DNA of 19,302 bases, taken from assembly GCA_965233585.1 (NCBI GenBank), contig CBDDTI010000663.1, forward strand, positions 1 to 19,302. The letters run 5' to 3'. Position numbers and translations under genes: made by a program. Shown here piece after piece: positions 10,108 to 19,302 of the stretch (within the stretch, counting starts at the first letter, position 1; every line of letters begins with the position of its first letter). The notes under the pieces are model-generated. The model did not search any database and was not told the origin of the DNA. It saw only the letters and a program-made list of their open reading frames with translations. This stretch comes from a bacterium (GTDB lineage: Bacteria > SAR324 > NAC60-12).

Positions 10108-10175
10108 CTTTTTACCAGAATGCTTTGCGGCTTTTTACCAGAATGCATTGCGCCTTCTATCAGAGTGCATTGCGC
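10108..10175 (+). repeat. 23-bp tandem repeat, about 3 copies
   Basis: CTTTTTACCAGAATGC(T/A)TTGCG twice, plus a degenerate third copy. Confidence 0.8.
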
Positions 10176-10302
10176 CACGAACAACACACGGGTGTGCGAC
10201 ACTGTTGTGATGGCGTCATATTTTTGCGTGGATTGCAGTTGAGACAGGTGAGTGGTTATGGTTTGCTTTGATTTATCTGTAAAACGATGTGAGCGAGATC
10301 GT

Positions 10303-10906
10303 GCTGTGATCGATTTATTTACATCCAAAAATCATGAAATTTAAGCTAAAACTTCAGCATTTTCACACATCCCAATGGACGCGAACTCGTCAGAGTCTGT
10401 CAACATTCGATTCTAGAGACATGTGCGTACCAGTTAAGAATTTATAAGTCGGCTTTCTACTCTGACAATTTCCACATCTTTCGTTTATCTGGATTTGGTA
10501 AAGAAGAGGGCGATGCGTATCGTTTAATGGTCACCATGTGCTTTTGTCACGATCACCAGCGATGCGTCATGTATGTATTAAGTTACGTTTCTGTCGTTGT
10601 TGATTTCTTGCAAACAATTGTTTGGAAATCCCTATTTGCAGCCGTTTGTGCAAGGTGAGTTTAGAGCGTAGAACACACGATTATATATCTGCTGCGATCG
10701 CTTTATTTACCACCAAACATAAATTTAAGCTAACACTTCAGCATTTTCACACATCGCAATAGACGCGAACTCGTCTGAGTCTGTCAACATTCGATCCTAG
10801 AGACATGTGCGTACCAAAGGATTTTTAAGTCGGCTTTCTACTCTTACAATTTCCACATCTTTCGTTTATTTGGATTTGGTAAAGAGAAGGTTGATGTGTA
10901 TCGTTT
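10303..10906 (+). repeat. ~220-bp direct repeat (10303-10525 and 10691-10906)
   Basis: Shared AAATTTAAGCTAA..CTTCAGCATTTTCACACAT..GACGCGAACTCGTC..GAGTCTGTCAACATTCGAT..AAGTCGGCTTTCTACTCT..GGATTTGGTAAAGA. Confidence 0.9.
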
Positions 10907-11541
10907 TATGTCCAAAAAGTTCATTGTATTGTTTACCGGTTTACTTGTCCTTTGCTCTATCCAGTTTATTTCTCCCCCAAAAACGCGTGGTCTTATTTTA
11001 AGAAGAAAAACTGGTCCCGTTTCTGTCGGAGTTTTCACATTTCATGTACATTTAGCTTTCGAACGGCACAAGGGAACCGAAGGACGTGAGCTTTACTTTC
11101 GTGCAGTGTTTATTTTGTAAGAATTCCTGTGCCCTTCGAGCTGATTTTTTTGCATCAATGTAACAAAATGTACAGACTAACTTTTAAAAGACTATTGTTT
11201 TGATGTTATTCACCATGCTCTGAAGATTCAGAGAAAGACAGTTGTTCAAACAAAATTGAAAAAACATGTTAACTGGTTTCTATTATTTGCTGCACATGCA
11301 GGCATTGAAAAAGACACAGTAGACTGATGAAGCAGATTATTTCTTCTTTAAAATTCTTCTCAATGTTTAGCCATTTGTAATGTACTAGCTCTTGCAACAA
11401 CTTCGTGTTCTGTACAGTATGGTTATGAAATATTTATGTTGGAATGTAAGTGCTATTGTGATAGCTAATGATCATCCTTTGACATAAAATCATGTAATCA
11501 GTCTTAAACTGTTGGCTTGCAAATGAAATATGCTATTTAAG

Positions 11542-11854
<313 letters not shown>

Positions 11855-13158
11855 CTCAATACAACTCTTCAGCATGACAGAATATACACCATGTGGTGTA
11901 ATCAGGTCAGTCTACTTAAGAATGAAAATTAATAGTTAATCATATTTTCACAGATAAATTAAGATACAAAATGGAAGGCAAGATGATGGTGAGGGGTTTA
12001 CTATACTAAATAAAGCCCACAACTGCACTCTATCTGACTTCTAATGTAATCTTGTTTATGTTATCTATTTCAGACCTTAAACTGCCACATTTAAGCCTTC
12101 AAGTGAGCCCCCTTTTCTTGCATAATCATCCTTCCAAGATATTAATGTGAAGAAGTTGCTATTATTTCCAGTTGAGTTGGTTACAACAATGCTACTTTAA
12201 AGACCATGTGTGTGGCTTTCAAGGAGACAAATCCTTGTTTGGTTAAAGCATAAGACCAGTAACTTGACTGGTGGAACAATCAATATTGCAGCAAATGTTG
12301 TTAATTGTAATTGGCCTGTAATAAGAGCCTACCTATCAGACCACATGCTAATTATCGTAACAGAATAAACATGAAAACGTAACGTGAAAAATGTGTATTT
12401 TTTTTGTTGTTATTTTTTTTTATCTGCAGCTGAAATTACAAACAGCAAATTGAAATACATGTATGTTTTGTTGATATGTTTAGCCCATTGGAGGAGGGGG
12501 TCAAACTGGCCCGGAATTTCCTTACATTTTGGAATGGTGATCTGCACTGCTAAGGCTGAAAAAATTAAGGAGAATTCGTAGAAGTACAAAGCTAAGTCCA
12601 GAGACAAAAACTCCAGCTGAAGTTTGAAGGGATGCAGCTGAAAGAGGCTGTGTCATTTCACTGGGCTACTGTATTTCTCCTCTGTACCCAAGACACATGG
12701 TGCATCTTTTGAGGTATGGTTTGGTTTCACAAGAATGGAGCATTTGAATTTTAATAGCTCTGTCGCAACATCCTGTTCAGAGTGTGTTTGTCTAGTGTTT
12801 GACTACTGCCAATTTGACTGTAGCCTCCATATCAAAATTATGCTACTTTCACAGGTGAAACTAATCATTGTAGTTAACTTGCTCTCTGATAAAATCTTTA
12901 ATTTCCCTTCCATCTCTAAAAGCCCTCCACGGGTTTAATACATCTTTCTAGTTCTACTACGTTGTGACTTTTCTTAACTCGACATTGAAGTTTTCTGTGG
13001 TCATGTCAATAAACTTGTGCAATATTTTATTATTGCCCGAGGATTAATAATTGCACTAGTAGGGGAAGCGATAAGAAACGTTTATAACCCAAGAAAAACC
13101 TCGAGTATTACGCATCCTTCACAAATATTCCTTCATCCGTGTTCTAACAATTCCATTC

Positions 13159-13214
13159 AATCTCTTTACGGTGGCCAATTCACATTATAACTCAGTTGAT
13201 AAAACCAAATTATC
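13159..13214 (+). repeat. Fragment of a short interspersed repeat
   Basis: AATCTCTTTACGGTGGCCAATTCACATTAT.AACTCAGTTGATAAAACCAAATTATC is recalled as part of an abundant coral hammerhead-bearing repeat. The hammerhead itself is absent here. Unverified. Confidence 0.4.
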
Positions 13215-14189
13215 AAGTCTAGAAGCGTTTGTTTAGACCTTGACCTTCTGAAACGGACTTGGTTGGGACTCTCTACGAGACTCCACAAAACCATTTGGTT
13301 GATTTTCTGACTCTTTTACACAAGTTACAAAGGGAAACATCGCCGAAAAAATTGTTAAAACCACTGCCATTTTGCGATTTGCGTACACGCAAAGCAGGGC
13401 TGGCGTATACCAGCGGTTACTCACATTTTTCTGCGGAGCATGTGCAAACAAAATGCCTCTACGCTGTTCTGCTCAATGCAAATAATATCAGGCTATTAAC
13501 AAAATGTGACGCAGCATTACTATCTTTTAGATACACTAGTATTCTCTTTACAATAAACGTACTCCGACAATCTAAAGATTTCTCCGGCTAATACCGTCAT
13601 AATACCTGGGAACTTCACGTTTTTAATACCACCGAAGAAACGCAAACGGGATGGTCCTCCTATATTTGGTCGCTGGTTGGACATACAAAAATCGTCACAG
13701 AAAACCGTAGACAAAAGATCATTTTCTTTCATTGCAATTCCAAATTAATAGGCAAAAATTGTCACAAAGCGTGGATATCTTGAAATCGATCCTAATTACA
13801 TAATTTCAATAATTTTAAAAGCTTGCCTTAGTCCTGGTGTTGTCCCCCGTAAAAAGCCAGGTGGGTTCCCGCCAGAAGATTGTAAAAGTACCCCTAGGCA
13901 CTGCTCAATACATTCTCAACCTTAAGATGTATCAATTCTTAAACAAAAAACTAACTGACACTGACAAATTTAATGACTTTAATAGAGACTCTGACTATGT
14001 TAGCCACAATGTAATGAGATCTTTATTCCAAATAATGACAAGGAAATAAAGTGATTTAGAAATTCATCTTATACGTGTTCATAAAGGAGAATCTTAGAAG
14101 GAACTACTCTCAGAACAGGTTTTAAATATAACAAGTATATATCTTTAATGAGGACACAGACCAAAGGGGCAGAGATGAGTGTTGATAAT

Positions 14190-14307
14190 ATGGAGCTCGA
14201 GGTGTCCGAACTATAGAGTTAGAGATTATTTGAATTCTGTTTTCTCTTAGACAAAGTGAACTGTCCCTTTTGTGGAGGCGTCCGTAAGCCGGAGAGGTTC
14301 AGCTGTA
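14190..14307. mobile_element. One-ended Tc1/mariner(pogo)-type MITE remnant
   Basis: Repeated GAGG(T/C)GTCCG motifs and a terminus GAGAGGTTCAGCTG|TA (CAG..CTG-type end followed by TA). Confidence 0.4.
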
Positions 14308-15224
14308 TCACTGCACTGACGACAGTGAAGAAAACGAAAACTGACCTTCGTTAGAAACGTAAGGTCAGTTACTCAACTTGTACTAATTTGTGCCCAGGAT
14401 TTGCAATGTTTGGGTCAAGAGTATTTTGCCACCTCCGTTCTTGACCCAATACTTTTATCGTGCACCGGGAAAATTTCTGCAGCAAATAATTAAGGCGGAC
14501 AGTTTGGGCGCGAAAAACCAAAGTTTATCCAGCCATGTCAGCCAAAGCTGAGAAACTATACTGCAGGGCTCACTACCGCATTTACCTGATCTTAGACTTG
14601 CGAAGAAGTTGAGCTGCTGAGACTGAACCCCGCGGTAGTTCGGAGTGAGAGAGTTCAAATATCAGTAACTTTCAAAAGCCCAGAGTGAGAAGGAGAGGAG
14701 CGAAAGGTCGAGTTCGACCTTCGTGGCGGGGAATAAGTACAAAGTCAAATGATCCACCCCTAAACGCGTGGTGTTGGTACATTGAGTAGCTCATGTTCGT
14801 GAATGACGGTTTACGTCATCATTGTCACTAACGGCGCGTTATATGTGTCACCCTTCAGGGACGTAGCCAGCCATTTTTTTCCAATTAAGCCCAAATTGCA
14901 CAGTGTAAGTTGTATATCAAATTTTGCTAAGGTCCAACGTGGGAACAAGTGGTCTTACTAGTTTTAACCCTGGTAGTCAGCAATCTAATGCTTTGATTAA
15001 GACCGATGAGCAGCTGGATTCCTTTTCCTTTTCCTTTAAAATTAGCAAAGACTGCCTTGGCATGATCAGGTGCGTGACTATCATAGCCACAGAGCGCGCA
15101 TGAGGTTAACATTCATACTAGTCTGCGAGCAGTTTCTTTTTGTTACCTAGCGTTTTCCTATCGAGTACCAAGTGGCGAGCGAAGCCGCGTTTCTTAGAGC
15201 TTTTGAGTACTTTGAGCTCGGAAC

Positions 15225-15850
15225 CTCCTCCCGTGCCTGCATTTTATTGTTGTCCTCTGGTCTGTGTACAAAACGAACACATATAGAGATTTCCGCCATT
15301 GTTACGCAATCCGTCGCTTCAACCGCCAGGAAAGCATAGAAGGGGGCTGCATTACAATCGTTAACTAGTGGACTACGGATTTGGTTTGCGCAAAGTTCAA
15401 TAAGCTCGTTTTGAAATGTTGGCGAGGTATACTTTGTTCTTCATGTTCTCAGCGCTTGCCAGGTGAGTGGCTAGAACTGGATCTGTTTTTTTCGCGATAG
15501 TAGGTAGTTGCTATTTTTTCTGTGTGTCCTTGGGTAGTCATGTTCTGTTGCCCACACAATGCATGCGCAATCGATTATAGATTTGAAGATCTGATGATTT
15601 CTCTCTATAGTGTCATAATTTTGTCTTGAAAGTTGGCTGTAAATATCTTTAGGCCAACCAGAAAAGGCGTGAAGGAAATGATCTCCCTTGTCAACAGCGT
15701 CAGTATGCCCAATCTGAAATACCTTTACGAGAGCAAAACATACCCGATTGCTGATTGCCATGCCGCTTCCACTTCATTGCTTCCAAATAGTTAACAACTA
15801 GTATACCTAAATGGTAATAATGCTGCCGAAGGGAGAACATTATAAAGTAT
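15225..15850 (-). pseudogene. hAT transposase pseudogene (DUF4371; ZMYM1 / THAP12-PRKRIR-like)
   Basis: Frameshifted segments IERNHQIFKSII / LCGQQNM..GHTE..SN / TDPVLATHL / KYTSPTFQNELIELCANQIR...FYAFLAVEATDCVTMAEISICVRFV...AREE. The first catalytic Asp (LADE) reads Val at 15321-15323. Upper boundary approximate. Confidence 0.85.
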
Positions 15851-16234
15851 GCTAACAGTTACCCTATGTACTGAACAGTGAAGAATTGATTTGTACAAGA
15901 CTTTAAAGGCCATGGTCACGACACAGATGAGTGGCGTGATTAGGATGAGGACAAAGTTCCTCTTGAGCGGCTTGAAAAGGTGAATGTTCCCGATAAGGAC
16001 TCTTTAGAACAAAGAATGAACATTTTCCATGGCCGGCTTTACAGTTTTTAGAGATAATCGCAAATTTTGTCTTCCTCTTTAGCTCTTTTTTTTGATAGGA
16101 GTAGATCAGATAACTAAATAAATCAGAATAAATGAAGAAACAAAATAAAATTACTCAAACGACCGGTTTTTATAATCTTTGAATGAAATCAATTGAAAGT
16201 AAGGCCCAAGTATTTAAAAATACTTGCGTCTTAC

Positions 16235-16395
16235 CTGTTGATTTCCTCAATGAACACTGCTTTATCGTCACGGTTACATCCACGGAAATCTTCATTGGTG
16301 CTTTCATGGTCAGCTGGCGCTTCTGCGACCTGGACAATGAAAGCACAGGATACAAAGAGAGCTTTAAAACCGAACTTCCCAAACTTCCTTGCCAT
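16235..16395 (-). CDS. Probable first coding exon of a host secreted/membrane protein (unidentified)
   Basis: MARKFGKFGFKALFVSCAFIVQVAEAPADHESTNEDFRGCNRDDKAVFIEEIN(R): basic n-region, hydrophobic core, A-E-A cleavage-like motif. Ends at a consensus donor CAG|GTAAG (phase 2). Not in the ORF track. Confidence 0.55.
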
Positions 16396-16699
16396 ACGGC
16401 CGAAAGCAACATTTTTCGAACCGCGACAAATTTGGGATCAAAACGCGCCAAATTCAACGTAGATTTCGAAAATAATTGGCTTTTTAGGAAAACATTCGTG
16501 CGTGACGAGAATTTCCCTGATAGTCTGGAAATCGCTCGAATTTTTTTGTAAACAAACCAGAACCGGCATTATTCCAACTCGAAAGGCCGACCCTAATATT
16601 TTTCTGATTGCCCTGAAACAGGATTATTTTGACGCTCAATATATTAAACTTCCCTATTCTATGTGACCTTTTTCCATTTTTTAATACGTTACTCGACGC

Positions 16700-16795
16700 T
16701 GCTCGGAGGTGAATAGTACTTGGCTAATCATCTCCGAGCTAGCCAATCGGCGCGTACGAAAAGTATACTAATCATTTGTGTGGTATACACTAATA
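16700..16795. repeat. Interspersed repeat fragment
   Basis: GCTCGGAGGTGA / TCATCTCCGAGC inverted repeat and a GTGTGGTATACACTAATA end resembling a recalled coral repeat. Confidence 0.4.
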
Positions 16796-17947
16796 CACAA
16801 TATTATAAATGCATCAAACACACCGAGTCTTCAAAAATGGAATATCTGAGGAAATTGTTATTTGCAAAACATAGATGATTTAACTTTAGCTGTTTTTCTC
16901 TTATAACTGAACTTGGACTTATGTGAGTTGCGCCATTCTTCTTCACTATGATTATTTGCAAAAAGAAGACGTCCGAATAAAGCTGGACAATCTGTGGAGA
17001 GAGTTTATGTCGATGTTCCGTCGTCGTGAGCACTCTGAGCAGGGTTTTGGCGGGTCACATACTTCATTCTGAGCAAATGTATCATCAGATTGGCCAGAGG
17101 GGATCGACTTCATGTTAAATCTGTCGAGTAAAGAAACTCCTCAATGCGTTTATTATATTTTAAAGCCGTTTTCATCAAAGTTGTTTGTGAATGCTGGATA
17201 TTTTTAGTGTTGGTATTTTACTAGAACGTCGAAGTAGCGGTGATTTGATTTCGAAGTAGCGTTGATGTCTCAAAGGCTAGCTACGCCCCTGCTCCTGCAG
17301 GGTAAGACGTTTGAAGTCAAGTTGTCACACTATGGTCCCCAGGAAGCATACTACTATTCTACACTAACATATATTAGGAAAAATTATTGTGAAAAGGTCT
17401 TAATCCAACGCGTTCAGTACTGATAATCAGTCGCCTAGAGAGCCCAAGACATTGGAAATCTTGATCTTTTTGGTCGCTTAAAGATGATTTCCAGTCCGTG
17501 CTGCGCAGTTTCAGAGCCCTAATGTTTATAAACATTATAAACGGCTCACTCGATGGAATGCGAATCGATGTTATTCGTTAAGAAGCACATACCTTATCTT
17601 TCAGACCTTTCAATTTTTTTTCCAACAGCTTCATTGACTTTTACAGCTGTGAAGTTGTTTCATGAAGTGATATGAGAAAGAACAAACTATTAAGCTTCGA
17701 CCGCTTCGTATCGATAATTGCGGTTGTTTTTAAACTTTGAGTTTACTTCATGTAAGTGGTTGCGAAATGTTTACATTTTGTGATGTCTTACATGAGGCAA
17801 AACAAAAAAACATAAACAAACTCTCGAGAGTTCGCAGTACGGACTGGAAACTGAAATAACAGACAAGTCGAAAACAGCCATTAATGCAGTAAAAATAACC
17901 ACAAGCACGTGCACGTATTTTATATATTGTAAAGCTGGAAAATATGT

Positions 17948-18677
17948 TATTTCTGCAGATTTTCTGCACATTTTCTGTAATACCTGCAGATTTTCTGCAA
18001 TATCTACAGATTTTCTGCAATTCCTGCAGATTTTCTGAAGATTTTCTGCATATTTTCTGTAATCGCTGCATATTTTCTGCAATATCTGCAGATTTTCTGC
18101 AATTTTTTCTGTAATACCTGCAGATTTTCTGCAATACCTACGGATTTTCCGCAATACCTACAGATTTTCTGCAGATTTCCTGCAGATTTTCTGCACATTA
18201 TCTGTAATACCTACCGATTTTCTGCATGTTATCTGCAATAGCTGCAGATTTTTCGCACATTTTTTTGTAATACCTGCAAATTTTCTGCATATTTTCTGCA
18301 TATATTTTCTCTAATCGCTGCAGATTTTCTGCAGTAGTTGCATATTTTCTGCAGATTTTCTGCACATTATCTGCAATACCTACAGATTTAATGAAAATTT
18401 TCTGCAATAGCTGCAGATTTTCTGCACATTTTCTGTACTAACTGCAGATTATCTGCACGTTTTCTGTAATACCTGCAGATTTTCTGCAATACCTACAGAT
18501 TTTCTGCAGATTTTCTGCACATTTTCTGTACTAACTGCAGATTATCTGCACGTTTTCTGTAATACCTGCAGATTTTCTGCAATACCTACAGATTTTCTGC
18601 AGATTTTCTGCACATTTTCTGCACATTATCTGCAATACCTGCAGGTTTTCTCCAGATTTTCTGTACATTATCTGCAA
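17948..18677. repeat. Complex minisatellite of 9-11-bp CTGCA-centred units
   Basis: Interspersed TTCTGCAGATT, TTCTGCACATT and CTG(C/T)AATAC units; 93-bp higher-order duplication at ~18411-18620. Confidence 0.95.
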
Positions 18678-19227
18678 AAGAATGATGAGTCAGGTTTGTG
18701 TAGCAACGTAACAGTTCAATTGTCTATATAAAAGACAACTCTCATTTGTAAGCAAAGTCGCATGGGCCTTAATTGTCCGAGAGCACGTGCGAGTACTCGT
18801 TTATCACATAAAGGACAACTTTCAAGATCTTGAAGTACCGTAAACGGGTTTGCCGGTTGTCAATAAGGAACAGGCTAGCAGTAGCACGTTATATATAATA
18901 GTAAGCAAAACACAGCAAGTTCAATTCACTCAAAGCAATTTCTTTACAAACAAAACTTAAGCAATCTAATTTTATTCACATGTTTTGCGAAGTTTGCAAC
19001 GGCGTGAAACTAGAAAGACGCGTAGACAAGTGTCCAATCGAGCGCTAATATCTTCTTGAATTCAAAACTCTTCTTTCCACTGGCGAAAACTTAACTTACC
19101 AACCCAATTTACTCCGGTTTTTACGCCGAGAAGGTGACCTGTAATACTAATAAGGCGACCCGAAGCAAAACTAAGAAATTCCTTTTCAAAATCCATTTGA
19201 AGCGGGAAACCAACTTTGGGCCTGTCA

Positions 19228-19297
19228 GGGGCGGGGCAGAAGACTCCTGAAATTTTCGTATATGCATCATCCAACAAAAAGTGACGTCACATCCGGT
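19228..19297 (-). promoter_or_regulatory. Promoter-like motif cluster: GC box and overlapping ETS-CRE
   Basis: GGGGCGGGGC at 19228-19237; GTGACGTCAC palindrome at 19281-19290 overlapping minus-strand ACCGGATGT. Donor G|GTAAGT at 19100/19099 lies downstream on the minus strand. Confidence 0.35.
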
Positions 19298-19302
19298 TTA
19301 AA

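Noticed and set aside
14704..14721. tRNA or tRNA-derived SINE (GTTCGA in a hairpin)
   Set aside because: No cloverleaf and no convincing A box.
17748..18407. Cys-rich repetitive ORFs
   Set aside because: Overlapping frames produced by the minisatellite.

Overview
AT-rich eukaryotic genomic DNA, not prokaryotic. From memory, the repeat families resemble those of cnidarians (stony corals); this is an unverified inference. There is no long intact ORF, and most listed ORFs are repeat artefacts. The window is a dense mosaic of mobile elements. (1) A Penelope-like retroelement (PLE) remnant forms a head-to-head inverted repeat (2572-3126 / 4131-4588). It has a GIY-YIG endonuclease fragment, a minimal hammerhead ribozyme in each arm and a candidate 12-bp TSD. 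A ~1-kb unrelated block containing a five-hairpin multibranch structure sits exactly at the inversion centre. (2) A nested set of DNA transposons: an AcademH-like element (6854-9755, 9-bp TSD) holds a long-IR element and an IS3EU-like element (8163-9581, 6-bp TSD) with a palindromic 20-bp array. (3) Several Helentron/HINE-like elements have strand-specific hairpins built from tandem G.A pairs and GNA triloops. (4) A decayed hAT (DUF4371, ZMYM1/THAP12-like) transposase. (5) A CTGCAG-rich minisatellite. (6) A probable first coding exon of a secreted host protein (16395-16235, minus strand) and a promoter-like motif cluster at the right end.
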